A stretch of DNA of 64,000 nucleotides from Chiloscyllium plagiosum (Eukaryota), in assembly GCF_004010195.1 (NCBI RefSeq), contig NC_057718.1:86667860-86731859 (forward strand). Direction: 5' to 3'. Of the stretch, positions 1 through 12,950 are shown one piece after another. A program made the position numbers and the translations under genes. Under the pieces are notes generated by a model that was not told where the DNA came from, ran no database searches, and was given only the letters and a program-made list of their open reading frames with translations. How positions within the stretch are numbered: the first letter of the stretch is position 1; each line of letters opens with the position of its first letter.

Positions 1-589
1 GTTCTGCAGAGATGATATGACATTTTCAAAAATAGGCAGATGGGAAAATACCCTAGTGGGGCCAAGTCTCCCAACTGACAGAATTTAAAAATAATTCTCG
101 TGTCCAATTGACATCTTCTCATCAAGATAACAATGCTAATACTTCTAGAAATTGTGACATTTCAAATCAGACTTCAGTTCGGACAGGATTCAGCAAGAAA
201 TCCTGATTTTGACTTTATGAAGGTTTTGCAATATTTCAGCCAAGAGATTTTTGTTTTTTGGTAGCTGATTCTATTTTAGAGTTTTCTGCATTTTGCTTTG
301 AGAGGAGACTGACCTTTTCAGCTTGGAGGTCTTTCATCAACTGTGCCAACACAGCTGATGAGAAAACACAGTAGCTCTGGTCCAGAGGCTGTTGCTAGGC
401 AAACTTCACCCCCCTCCCCCCAACCCCACCAATTCATCTAGCAATTAAAGTAATAAAACACATTTTAACTCTCTTCAAAGATTTGGTTTTCCAAAGTCAC
501 TTGACTTCTTATAAACAACGGGTAAACATTAGTTCCATGACAAAGCCTCTTCAAAAGGAAATTTCCAAACAGATCCATATTCCCATTTT

Positions 590-790
590 CAAAGTCATAA
601 ATATAAATAAGAGACACAGGTTCAAGGTGAGAGGGGGAAAGTATAAGAGAGATGTGCGAGGCAAGTCTTTCACACAGGAAGCAATAGGAGCCTGGAACGC
701 ACTGTCAGCAGAGATGGTGGAAGCAGCCATTTTGCAACATTTCAGAGTTGGTGACATGAATAGGGAGACAATAGAGCAATATGGACTGAA
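590..790 (+). mobile_element. CR1-clade LINE 3' fragment
   Basis: Encodes RHRFKVRGGKYKRDVRGKSFTQ..WNAL, the CR1 ORF2 C-terminus; similar to 2040-2230. Confidence 0.75.
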
Positions 791-799
791 TTCCTTTAT

Positions 800-1005
800 G
801 TTAAAATGTGTTGCTGGAAAAGTGCAGCCAGTCAGGCAGCATCAAAGGAGAAGGAGAATCGACGTTTCGGGCATAAGCCCTTCTTCAGGAATGCCCGAAA
901 CGTCGATTCTCCTTCTCGTTTGATGCTGCTTGACCTGCTGCGCTTTTCCAGCAACACATTTTTAAGCTCTAATCCCCAGCATCTGCAGTCCTCACTTTCT
1001 CCTAG
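800..1005. mobile_element. Penelope-derived fold-back mini-element (family A)
   Basis: Inverted arms at ~801-874 and ~891-965; 14-bp TSD CTGAATTCCTTTAT at 786-799 and 1006-1019; contains a hammerhead core. Confidence 0.8.
857..892 (-). ncRNA. Minimal (PLE-type) hammerhead ribozyme motif
   Basis: Minus strand reads AUUC-CUGAAGA-A-GGGC-UUAU-GCCC-GAA-ACGU-C-GAUU: CUGANGA box, 4-bp stem II, GAAA, palindromic ACGU stem III, GUC triplet. Confidence 0.7.
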
Positions 1006-1309
1006 CTGAATTCCTTTATTCCCAACACCAAGTACCAGACAGCCTTTTTTTAATCATGATAAATATTCGCCAGATCATCAGCCAGAACTCCACCACTCCT
1101 CTGCAAAGTAGTATCAAAGGGTGATTTATATTCACCTGGAGATGGCAATCAGAAGGTGGCGCCACTGATTGTGCAGCAGTTCCAGATGTACTATAATGGA
1201 GTGTCAGCCCAGATTTTGTGCTATGGTCTTGGAGTTTGAGTTCTGACTCAGAGACGAATAATCTTAGCAATCAAAAGTCCCGCAAGCAGGGGAGGGAAAA
1301 GTATAAAGT

Positions 1310-2340
1310 GTGACACTCAGTGGTGTTCCACAGGGATCAGTCTTAGGTCCTCTGTTGTTTGTAGTACATATGAATGATCCAGAGGAAAGTGAGGGTGGCC
1401 GGACTAGAAAGTTTGCAGATGACACGAAGTTGCTGGTGGAGTTGCTAATAGTGTCGACGATTGTGAAAGGGTACAACACGATATGGATAGATTGACAACT
1501 TGGGCACAGAAATGGCAGGTGGAGTTTAATCCAGACAAATGTGAGGTGATGCATTTTGGAGCATCAAATTTTCATGTGAGTTATTCTGTAAATGGCAGAA
1601 TCCTTAGGAACATTAATATACAGAGGGATCTGGGCGGGCAGGTCCACAGTTCCCTAAAAGTGTTAACACAGGCGGCCAAGGTGATTAGGAAGGCATATGG
1701 CATGCTTGTCTTCATCGGCCAGGATGTGGAGTACAAGAGTTGGTAAACCATGTTGCAACTATATAAAACCCTTGTTAGGCCCCATTTGGAGTACTGTGTG
1801 TAGTTTTGGTCGCCACACTACCAGATAGTTGTGTAAGCTTTGGAGAGAGGGCAGAGACACTTCACCAGGATGTTGCCTGGTCTCAAGGCCATTGGCTATG
1901 AGGAAAGGTTAAAAAGACTGGGATTGTTTTCACTGGAATGATGGCAGCCGAGAGGAGACCTGATAGAGGTCTATAAAATTATAAGAGGCATAAATAGGGT
2001 GGATAGTCAGAGCCTTTTTCCCAGGTTTGAAGTTTCAATTACGAGGGGACACAGGTTCAAAGTGAGAGGGGGAATGTTTAAGTGAGATGTGCGAGGCAAG
2101 TTGTTCACGCAGAGTGGTAGGAGCCTGGAACGCACTGCCGAAAGAGGTGGTGGAACCTGGCATTTTGGTGACATTCAACAAGCATCTGGATGGTTACATG
2201 AGTAGGGAGGGAATAGAGGGATACAGACCGAATAACAGCAGAAGATTTGTTTTTTAGTTTAGTTAGGGCATGATGATCAGCACAGGCTTGGAGGGCCTGT
2301 TTATGTGCTATACTTCTCTTTTGTTCATTTTGTTCTTTGT
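1310..2340 (+). mobile_element. CR1-clade LINE, 5'-truncated, decayed RT and 3' UTR
   Basis: SGVPQGSVLGPLLF, KFADDTK and WQVEFNPDKCEVMHFG motifs with frameshifts and stops. Confidence 0.9.
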
Positions 2341-2624
2341 GATTTCAGAGTTAAAACCTCCAAGCCATGTATGCTAAATAAGACTATAACCATACAAGAC
2401 GCATTAGCTAATAACAAAATAAAATTAATTCAAAAAAATATAGACTTAAGACCACAAGCATCTAAAGAAATCTCACTGGCAGAGGGACTGAAAGTAGAAA
2501 GAAAACTTCAAAACTGATGAGCAAACAATAGAGCCAAGTAATTAATAGAACACAAGCAGAGGGACAGTCACAGGAAGATACAGTCACTGTTATTTCCTGA
2601 ATGTTATAATGGGAGATATCTAAT

Positions 2625-2960
2625 ATAGAATCATAGAAGGTTCACAGCACAGGAGGCAATTTAGCTCATCATGTCTATGTTGACCCTCTGCAGAAGCAAT
2701 TCACCTCCTGCCATTCCGTTGCCTTTTTCCTATTGAGCTGCAAAGATTTCACTTTAGATAATAGTCCAATTCCCTTCTGAATCTGCTTCTACTAGACTCT
2801 TAGGTGATGCATTCTGGATCCTAACCATTTGCGATGTAAAAATGTTTTTCCTCATGTTGTCACTGCCCCTTTTGCCAATTACTTTAAATCTCTGCTCGAT
2901 CCTTCTAACCAACAGGAACAGTTTCTCCCTATCTACTCTGTCCAGAGCCCCCACTGATGG
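2625..2960 (-). mobile_element. CR1 3' fragment
   Basis: Minus-strand ORF LDRVDREKLF..RFKVIGKR..MRKNIFT; atagaatcataga tail. Confidence 0.7.
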
Positions 2961-3434
2961 TGAATATCTATAAAACCACTAATATCTATAAGACCATTAA
3001 TATCTATAAGATCATTAATACCTAAGGCCATTTAGTACTTCATATCTGTTCTTAGAAAGTGCCTTGGGAGATCTGTGCATTTAATAATTTGGTTGCTAAA
3101 TTAAGTTAGAGCTGATTAAACAGTAGCTTAATCTTTGGCACATTCAGGTGCATTTCAATAGTGAGTTTTCCACCTTCCAAAAATAGAGCTTTGTGTGAGA
3201 TGTACTTTGTACTCACAGCTTTTTGAGTTCATTACTGGTTTGTCAGAAAATCTCCAACCGTGAACAGAAATTGCCATGATAGTAAGAAATGTTCCAGTGA
3301 ATAATTGATGTAAATGCGATACATTTTGCAGTAGCTATAATAAAGTCAGTTGAGAGTTCTCACATATGCTTTGAAAGATTGTAATTATATGTGTTCTACA
3401 TCCTAAAGTGCATTACCTTTACCATTGCATCTTA

Positions 3435-3870
3435 GAAACATAGAAAATAGGAGCTGGAGTAGGACATTCAACCCTTTGAGCCTGCTCTGCCATTCAATAT
3501 GATCATGGCTGATCATCCAACTCAGAACAACATTCCCATGTCACCCCAGACCCTTTGATCCCTTTAGCCTTAAGAACTATATCTAATGCCTTTTTGAAAA
3601 CATTCAATGGTTTGCCCTTAACCACTTTTTGTGGTAGTGAACTCCCTAGGTTCACCACTTGCTGGGTGAAGAAATTTCTCCGCCTCTCAGTTCTAATTGG
3701 CCTACCCCATATCCTTAGTGGCACAGCGGTAGTGTCCATAACTCTGAACCAGGAGACCCATATTCAAGACCTCTGCTCAAGAGATGTGTAATCACATCTC
3801 TAAGCGGATTGATTATAAAATATCTCGACTGTGACCCCTGGTTCTGGACTCCGCAGTCTTTGGGACCATC
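3435..3870 (-). mobile_element. CR1 3' fragment with a short inserted fragment (~3715-3810)
   Basis: agaaacatagaa tail; RRNFFTQQVVNL..LPQKVV motif. Confidence 0.7.
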
Positions 3871-5134
3871 TTTCCTGTCAGGGAAGGTAAGGCTGTAATA
3901 GCTTTGAAGGTGGAGATATTGTTCCACAATGAGTACCTCTGAGTCAGGTACTCCAGGTGTGAGGACCACTTCAGGACTGGGGTGGCCAAGGACATATCGA
4001 TGCATGATGCCTTTTGATGGACCAGTGGCTGGTGGTCAGCCATATTTAATGTGGGATGGCATGCCACAAGTGCATTATCTACTGACAGGCTCTTAGCCTG
4101 ATCCAGAAAAAAAATTCTAGCTGTGGAAACAGATGTTCATATGTACCAGTAAGCATGAGAAGCAGAATAGCATACAAGATAGTGGAAACAAAGAATCACA
4201 GAATAGTTACAGTTCAGAGGAGGCAAATCAGCCTCTCTACAGACGAACTTAGCTAGCTCCAGTAAGCATCCTTTACCCCCCAGCTCTATAAATCATTTGA
4301 AGTACTTATCCAGTTTTCTTTAGAAAACTGTGATTGAATCTGCCTCCTCACAGATATTGCTTTGCAGATCCTAAATACTTGTTGCATGGAAGTGTTTTTC
4401 TCGTGTTGTCTTAGAGTTTTTGGCCAATTATTTAAAATGTGCATCTGCTGCTTCTCCAATATTCTACCACTGAAATGTAGATCTCCCATGATTTTATGCA
4501 CCTCAGTCAAATATCCTCACAGCACCCCCTTCCCTAAGGAAGATTGCCCCAGCTTCTCCAATCGACCCAGGCGACTGAAGCCCTTTATCCTCAAACCATT
4601 CTTATAAAATCTTTTCTGCACCATCAATAATAAAGATGTCGTAGTTTTCCGAAAGTGGAATGTCAATAATTGGATGCAATACTCCAGCTGAGGCTGAAAC
4701 AGTGCTTTGTAAGGTTTCACTGTAACATCCTCATTTTTGTGTTCTGTACCCCTATTTATAAAAACATATCATATATGTTTTTAAACAGCTTTCTCAAACT
4801 GCCCCGTTACCTTCAATACATTCAGTCTTCTCGGAAGCAGCACCTTTCTTCTAAGAATTGTAACTTTTTATTTTATATTGTTTCTCCTTATTATTCTACC
4901 AAAATGTGTCATTTTGTTCCTTTTACTAGCTTGCTTATTTTCTCTTGAAGTCTATCCTCTCATGTTCACCATAACTATAACTTTTGCATTGTCAGCATAT
5001 TTTGTATAAAATCATGCTCTGCATATGAAATCTAAGAGATAATTACTTATCAGAAGAAGCAGTGGTTCTATTAATGAGGAACACCATCGTGTGCTTTCCT
5101 TCAATCCGAAACAAATCCCTCATCATACTTTGTT

Positions 5135-5560
5135 TCCAGGAGAGGCTGAATAGGCTGGGGCTGTTTTCTCTGGAATATCGGAGGCTAAGGCTGTCGAGTT
5201 TTATAAAGTCATGAGGGGCTTGGATAGGATAAATAGACAAAGTGTCTTCCCTGGGGTGGGGGAGTAGGGCCTAGAGGGCATAGGTTTAGGGTGAGAGGGG
5301 AAAGATATAAAGGAGACCTAAAGGGCAATTTTTTCATGCAGGGGGTGGTGCGTGTGTGGAGTGAGCTGCCAGGGGAAGTGATGGAGGCTAGTACAATTGC
5401 AACATTTAAAAGGCATCTGGATGGGTATATGAATGGGAAGGGTTTGGAGGGATATGGGCCGGTTGCTGGCAGGTGAGACTAAATTGTGTTGGGATATCTG
5501 GTCGGCATGGACGGGTTGGACTAAAGGCTCTATTTCCGTGCTGTACATCTCTATGACTCA
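5135..5560 (+). mobile_element. Younger CR1 3' fragment inserted in an older LINE
   Basis: ERLNRLGLFSLE..RGERYKGDLKGNFF..TFKRHLD; ctctatgactc tail. Confidence 0.8.
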
Positions 5561-6236
5561 ATGACTCAGCCAACTTCGTGTAAATATCATATAAAATGAG
5601 CATCATTTTATTCAATGGCTTTAAAACTATTATGTGACTTTTTAACAATACCCTATGTTAATCCATGCACACCACAGCAGCCACATTATCCTCATCAACC
5701 TACTCTCTCATAAAAAGAACTCAACAAAGTTGGTTAAACTTGATTGTCCTCAATAAGTCTACGCTGGATTTCCTTAATTAATCCACACTGGCCAAAGTGG
5801 CAGTTAATTGTGTCCCAGATAATCATTTCCCATCACTAAAGCTAAACTGACTTGTCAATGGTTGCTGGGTTTATCTTTGCACTCTTTTTGAACAGAGTAC
5901 AACATTTATTGGTTTCTAAGCCATTGTATCCACACAACTGAGAAGGATGGAAAGATCATGATCTGCATAATTTTCAATCTTATTGTCCCAGCATTCTTGA
6001 ATACATCTCTTTGAGAGTTAGCAACTTCATATGCAGCATGCCTTTCTAGTGCCTCCTCAATCAATTTTTAGTCATCCACTGTTTCAACTACCTCCTTTTT
6101 CTATATGGGTTTGGCACTATCACCTTCCTTGGAAAGACTGAAAAGTATACATTTAGCACTTTAGTACCGTCTGCCTCTATGTGGTGGTCTCCTACCAGTC
6201 TTGCCCTTTATTTTACTGCCCTTTTACTATTTGTAT

Positions 6237-6240
<4 letters not shown>

Positions 6241-6278
<38 letters not shown>

Positions 6279-6280
6279 TA
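6241..6280. repeat. (TA)n(CA)n microsatellite
   Basis: Read directly. Confidence 0.95.
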
Positions 6281-7873
6281 TTTATGAATGCTTAAAAGTT
6301 TTATAGAACTATATACCAGTTCCTGATTGGGACCATTCTCAATCCATTGAAACTAGTCCTCCAACAACAAATATTTCTACTCGAATTGCTTCTTGCCCTT
6401 TTTGATATCTAACACAAATCTTATGATTCTATGATCACTATTCCCTACATGTTCCACGGATGATAATTAATCCATTTGATCCATTTTATTCCTCAGACCC
6501 AGATCCAGCAAGATTTCCTTGCGCATTTTTATAATTCCTTGCAATTTTTGTCCTTGATATGTTTTTTCCATAGATAGTGGCAAATAGAATACATAAACAT
6601 AAACCAAATGGATTCTGTCCTGACCTTTTCAGGACATATCTCTCTCTGCAAAGCTGTAACATTCTCCTTAATCGACACTGCCTCTTTCTTTCCTTTCCTA
6701 ACTTTCCTGCCAGTCTTGACTGTATCCAATCATGATCTTTTCCGGGCCAGATCTCCATATCACCACATATCATATTCTTATGTGATTAGCTATATCTGTG
6801 GCTCCAATAGAACTCATTGGGGTAGTGCATTAAGAATCATGCTCCACTTTTCCCAGAGTTGTAGCAAATATGAAACTTTGCCTGAACTACCAAATTAGCC
6901 AGTTCTACCTAACTGTATAATTCAGAATAGAATATGCCCACCAGGTGTTTTCTCCCCCCATTAACAAGTAAATAACATTTGCCCAGAACATACACAAGTC
7001 CCTGTAGACACCCATTCATCTGTTGTATCCTATTTCTATACTGTCTTGTGCATGGTACTTGGGATAACCTGGAGATTGCTGCTATTCAGGTCCTGATTAT
7101 TAATCTCTCACCTTATCCCTCTTTCTACAAATATTGGACATACCACTCTTCTGTCTTAGAATATTCAACAGCCACTCTGTGACATCCTGAACTCTGGTAC
7201 AAGGCAGGAAACATGCCATTCAGAATTAATATCCACAACTGCAGAAAATACCAATCATTTTCCTAATTATTGGATCTCCTAACATTGTGGCTTTCACAAT
7301 AATTGTCATTCCCTCCTCCTTTAACATTGTGCCTGAGCTAACCGTCGTGATATGGACCTGGTTCTAGCTGCTCACCCCAAGAAAACTCACACTCTTCTCA
7401 GTATTCCGATTGAGAGGATGATGCCCTCTGGTGGCTGTTTAGTACCTGCCTGGTCCTGTTTAGTGATCATTCAAGCCCTGTTTGCCTGCACATCATTCAG
7501 CTATGGGATGGTCAGTTCCAGAAACATGCAATCCAAGGCACTCTCAGAAACCTCATGCATCATGATGACTGCAGATGCTGCACAAACTCTAAAACCCAGA
7601 ACTCGAGCTTCTCCAGCTGATGTCACTTGCTGCACATGTGGTTAACAGGACACAAGAATGCACATGTCATGGGACAGAGGGACCCTGCCATGCCTTTGTG
7701 TATTACACCACAAACCTAACAGAAATATCCTTGAAACTGAGAAAGAACACTCACCAGCTATTTACTCATAAGCTCCTTCACTTTGCACTAACAAGTCACT
7801 GGGTATTATCTTTCTTTGCTCCCTTATCTCTGGGCTCCTTAATTCAACTTAATTTGTTTTAGATTTTAAACTA

Positions 7874-8108
7874 GTAGTGATTGGATCAAGGTCAGCCAGG
7901 TGAATCACATAGAATATGAGTTCCCTGATTTGGGCAGTTAAACTGGTCCAATCAGGAAGCCCTGGCTGACAAATATAACCAGGAGGATTAAAGCTCCTGC
8001 TCACTCTTAGAGCCAGCTCTGAGCTAGCTGGATCAGTGTCATGTACTATGCAAGTGTAAATAAAGGGTGACTTGGTGACGGGATACCGGCCTTTGTGGAG
8101 TTATTTCA
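7874..8108 (+). mobile_element. Putative short solo LTR
   Basis: CCAAT, TATA-like and AATAAA in LTR order, ending TTATTTCA; AAACTA directly repeated at 7868-7873 and 8109-8114. Confidence 0.45.
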
Positions 8109-9192
8109 AAACTAAGTTCTTGATTTAGTTTGGGTGATAAGTAGGTTAGCTTAAATAAATTTTCATAACTTATTATCTGAATATTAGATTATAGTCTGAT
8201 TAAAATTTAGAATCCTTTAATGTTAATATCCTTCTTTGTTCAATCTTATTTTTATCCACCTCTGCCTGATTAGATAAAGATTGATTGTATAATTTATCAT
8301 ATAAATACAAATGTATAAAATATGTTGAGGTTATGTGTTAAATCCAAATGACCAATGTTCAGTTTTTGAACAACTTAGTTGATCCAGTTTAGATTTCAGA
8401 TTTGTGTATATTTATCCCCATAAGCACCTTGGGCTCAGAACACTTTGTACCAGTCTGCTCCTGGTATTGATCTTTATATACTGCTCTCTCAGCCTTCCTC
8501 TTTATGCTGCTCAGTACTTGACCTCACCATTTATGCTGTTCTGTTCTCAGTCTCTCTCTTAATCAAGGAGGAAGAAGGTCAGCCAGCATTCACAATACAA
8601 AGTACTGTTTCCCAGGTGTGTGTAACACTTTGAACAAGTCATTGAAAATAAGCTCATTTAAATCACAGCAGGATTTGTACCATGGATGAAATCACATGAC
8701 GGACATTTGCCAGAAAGTCTGCCTTTGATTCAAGCAGCAACTTATATTTTTCATACAAGAAGACACTTTGTTTTATGCAGTGATCAAAAATATTGATGCT
8801 TAACAGGACAAAAAAAAGAGTCATGTAACAGAAAGGAGCCAAGTGAAAGGTTAAGACAAAGAATATTGTCCATCTTTTTTTTGAAAGTAAAGAAGATGCC
8901 ATGACAGTGAGATTAGGAAAGGTCCCATTTCTTCAACCTATTAGATCAAGTATGCAAAAAAGCACTCACACTTTAAATCACAAAATCTCATTTTATAACC
9001 AGTTGTGTTTATATAGCACCCTTTAAAATTTAAGAACACACCAAATTGCTCCATTGATATAATCAAAGTGAACTTGAATGATCAGCCAAAGATAAAGTAC
9101 ATTGGAGGAGGAGTAATCAAAAGCTTTTATTTTGGATTAAGTTAAAAATCACACAACACCAGGTTATAGTCCAACAGGTTTAATTGGAAGCA

Positions 9193-9227
9193 CACTAGCT
9201 TTCGGAGCGACGCTCCTTCATCAGGTG
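9193..9227 (-). ncRNA. Minimal hammerhead ribozyme motif
   Basis: Minus strand reads CAC-CUGAUGA-A-GGAGC-GUC-GCUCC-GAA-AGCU-A-GUG. Confidence 0.75.
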
Positions 9228-9507
9228 ATAGTGGAGGGCTCGATCGTAACACAGAATTTATAGCAAAAATTTGCAGTGTGATGTAACTGAAATTATACAT
9301 TGAAGAATTGATTGTCTGTTAAGCCTTTCATCTGTTAGAATACAGTGATAGTTTCACTTCTTTCATGTGTAAATGAAAGAAGTGAAACTATCACTGTATT
9401 CTAACAGATGAAAGGCTTAACAATCAATTCTTCAATGTATAATTTCAGTTACATCACACTGCAAATTTTTGCTATAAATTCTGTGTTACGATCGAGCCCT
9501 CCACAAT

Positions 9508-9542
9508 CACCTGATGAAGGAGCATCGCTCCGAAAGCTAGTG
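9508..9542 (+). ncRNA. Minimal hammerhead ribozyme motif
   Basis: CAC-CUGAUGA-A-GGAGC-AUC-GCUCC-GAA-AGCU-A-GUG: stem I CAC/GUG, 5-bp stem II, palindromic AGCU stem III, CUA triplet. Confidence 0.75.
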
Positions 9543-9644
9543 TGCTTCCAATTAAACCTGTTGGACTATAACCTGGTGTTGTGTGATTTTTAACTTTGTA
9601 CACCCCAGTCCAACACCGGCATCTCTGAATCATTATTTTGGATT

Positions 9645-11095
9645 GGTCGGTTTAAGGACACTCTAAAAGGAAAGAGTTGGAAAGATTTGGTAAATCCAGA
9701 GCTTAGGTACTGAGCTGGTCAAAGATGCACCTGCCCCTAGTCGGGTGAATGAAGGGCAGGCATTAGTAACCAAATTTAGCAACAAAATTAAGGTACAATT
9801 TCCATGGAGATTTCAGATGTAAAAGAAGATTAAAAAGTTGATGGACGCAAATATGAGGATAAGAATTTTCAATTGGAAGTCTTGGGGTAACAGGAGTTAA
9901 AGCAGGTCACGAGGACAGGATTGAAGGGTAAGAGGAGGAAAAGGAAATTCTAAATAAGCTGAAGTTCACAGGGGCTTAGAGACCGAGCAAGAATGGACTT
10001 GAACAGTCGAGAGTGAAGCTGACAACAGGTAAGCTCAGGGGATGGAGGGTCAAACAGAGGTACATGTTAAAGACATGGTATCAGGTGTTGTTTGTGATTG
10101 ACTGAATGTAGGGCCAGAAACTTTGCAACAGACCAGCAGGACAGCAAGACAGCAAAGAGTCTGAATCCGCCTCAGACAGTGGCTTGGAAGGGAATGAAAT
10201 TTTTGGCAAGATACGGAGTTCATGTGAGGGTCAAAGATGTAGATTTTGGTCTTTCCAATGTTTAGTTCAAGGAAAATGATTTCTATCAGACACACTGGTT
10301 GAATAATGACCTGACACCACAGGGGATGTGGTAATGTCAGGAAAGATACTGGAGTTCAAATCGGCCATGACCAATGTATGTGTTGTCCCCACTTATCTTG
10401 CTCAAAATGTAGGGCCAAATATGGATCATCAAGGGTACTGCAGGAGTATAATGGGAGTGTCAGTGAGGTTGATGCTGAGGAAGCATTTGAAGTTCAAGTG
10501 CTTTAGATATTTCAACCCACGATGGGAATTGTACAGTACAACCCAATTGGGGATGCATGTAAAATATGTGCCCGACAAAGTCTGAAAATTCTGTCTACCG
10601 TGCAATTCACTGGCTCTTTATTTTGAGATGCACCTTGTGTAATTCTGCAAGTTTCTCGAAGTTGTTCTTGAATGAGCCTTTAACAACAACAATTTGCATT
10701 TTGCACTTAATGTTGTAAAATGTCCCAATGTGTTTGAAATAAAACTTGATGCCAAATCGCATAACGATGTGTTAGGAAAGGTGCCTGAGATCTTGGTTAA
10801 GGATAAACAGCAGAGAGCTCCCAGAATGAAATTCTGGAAAGTCGGGTAGCAGACAACTGAAAGCATCGTTGCCCATTGTGGAGAGGAGGAAATTTGGAAT
10901 GCACAAGAACACACTGGGGCATAGAAACTGAGGCTTGAAAAGCCTAGACTGGGATAGGAAAAGAGAAACGGATCAAAACAAGAGTGAGAGTAGTTTTAAA
11001 TCAAGGTGTTGACAGACTGGAAGCTGATGTAAGGCAGTGAATAGAGAGGTGATGGGTAAATTGGGACTTCACGTCAGATTGCATATAGTTTGCAG
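9645..11095 (-). mobile_element. Ancient L2-like LINE fragments
   Basis: FLELNIGKTKIYIF motif in ORF 10050-10295; aacaacaatttgcattt (reverse-complement L2-type 3' end) at ~10682. Confidence 0.5.
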
Positions 11096-11224
11096 GAAAG
11101 AATGTCTCCATACAAGCTCATCCAAGGTCAGAACAGAATAAGATGAACTGGAAGGGAGGCAGATAAGGTTTGATATCAATTAAAACTTAAACACAATTGC
11201 TCCAAATTCATGCCACGTGCAAAT

Positions 11225-11725
11225 GTCTGTATGCCTGTGCATGTGAATACATATGCCTGTATGTGTATGTGTACCTGCATTGTCTGTGTATGTGTGTGTG
11301 TGTCTCTGTGTATGTACCTATGTATAGGTAAGTGTGTATCTTTGTATGTGTGCATACATTTGTATGTGTTTGTGGCTGATGCTGTGTGTGTCTCTATTTA
11401 TGCATGTGTGTCTGTGAATGTATGTGCTTGACTGTGTTTGCAGGTTTGTGTGCAAGTGTGTTTCTGTGTATGTGCATCTGTGTGATTGTCAAGTTTGTGC
11501 ATCTGTGTGTGTGTATATGTAGGAGAAAGTGAGGACTGCAGATGCTGGAGGTCAGAGTCAAAGAGTGTGGTGCTGGAAAAGCACAGCCAGTCAGGTAGCA
11601 TCCACATTGGCTCTCCTGCTCCTCGGATGCTGCCTGACCAACTGTGCTTTTCCAGCACCTCACTCTTTAACTGTGTGCATGTGTCTGTATGAGTGCCTGT
11701 GTGTGTGTGTTGTTGTGAGTGTGCA
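11225..11725. repeat. Degenerate (TG)-rich tract with an inserted family-A mini-element
   Basis: Read directly. Confidence 0.85.
11521..11668. mobile_element. Family-A Penelope-derived fold-back with the hammerhead centre deleted
   Basis: ggagaaagtgaggactgcagatgctgg terminus; inverted gtgctggaaaagcacag / ctgtgcttttccagcac. Confidence 0.7.
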
Positions 11726-12519
11726 GTCCATATCCAAAGGATTGAACCAGCCAGATTTGTTTATTATTCCTCTCCACAGACACTAGATGATGTGGGCTGT
11801 TTCACAGATAGTTTTAGTAACTGAACTGTGATTCAGAACCTGAACTTCAAAGAGAGGATTCTATCATTTCAAATGGAACAGAAAACCATATCAAGTGGAA
11901 TGCCTTTGAATTATTATGATCTTTTGTTATAATGATGTGTGCCAACATTTAAAGTGGTACAAATTATAGTGTGATAGCTTTATTCAAATTCGACGGTCTA
12001 GTGAATGATGCTTTTATAAATTGGTTCCAGCACTGGTTGGGGTATATGTTGATGAAATGTTTATATTCTTCATCTTGCATTCTACATGTGGGAGATTAAG
12101 AGAATACAAAAGGAAGCTTTGCTTGACTTTTGTAAACTCTTTAGAAAGAAATCTGTGGGTTTAAAATAGAGGGTCTATCATCTCCAGAAATGACTCCTTT
12201 CCCTTTAAAGTGATCCTTTGTTGAGCTTGCATTCTGAATAGATCATAACACCAAATAAACAGAATGGCTCAGAGTCAATTGGATTTAAAACTAAAACCTC
12301 AGGCAATCTTTTGTTTCTCATGGCAACCATTCTCAAAGGTTAGAAATATCTAAACTTCTCACTGAGACCATGACTTACTGGAGTTGAGCTCCAGTAAAGA
12401 AAGACCCCCAGAAACAGAATTCTTGTTTTCTGCAGAACAATCATACCAGACTCGAAATGTTGACTCATATTCGGCGTCCACAGATAATGCTAAGTTTTCC
12501 AACATTACGTGTTTGTTAT

Positions 12520-12950
12520 AGTGTCATAGAGATGTACAGCATGGAAACAGACCCTTTGGTTCAACTCATCCATGCCAACCAAATATTCTAAATTAATCTC
12601 ATCCCATTTGCCAGTATTTGGCTCATATCCCTCTTAAATCTTTCCTGTTCCTATACCCATCCAGATGTCTTTTAAATGTAAGACCACCTCCTCTGCAGCT
12701 CGTTTTATACACAAACAACCCTCTGTGTGAAAACGTTGCTTTTTAGGTCCCTTTTAAATTTTTCCCCTCTCACCTTAAACCTATGCCCTCTAGTTTTGGA
12801 CTCCTCCACCCTGGGAAAAAGACTTTGGCAATTCACCCTATCCTTGCCCCTCATGATTTTATAAACTTCTATAATGTCACCCCTTAATCTCCGACGCTCC
12901 AGGGAAAACAGCCCCAGTATGTCGGCCTCTCTCTATAGCTCAAACTATTA
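12520..12950 (-). mobile_element. CR1 3' fragment
   Basis: Reverse-complement similarity to 5135-5560. Confidence 0.8.

Larger units (their letters stand above)
4195..7750 (-). mobile_element. Old fragmented CR1-type LINE(s)
   Basis: YKALFQPQLEYCIQ and RLEKLG motifs at 4517-4720, with further decayed ORF2-like sequence to the right; boundaries approximate. Confidence 0.55.
9139..9632. mobile_element. Penelope-derived palindromic element (family B)
   Basis: Arms at 9139-9366 and 9373-9596 around a 6-nt spacer; 12-bp TSD TTATTTTGGATT at 9127-9138 and 9633-9644. Confidence 0.85.

Noticed and set aside
483..923. 146-aa ORF
   Set aside because: Chance read-through across a CR1 tail and a Penelope-derived mini-element.
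11210..11786. Cys/Val-rich and His/Thr-rich ORFs
   Set aside because: Translations of a (TG)n low-complexity tract.
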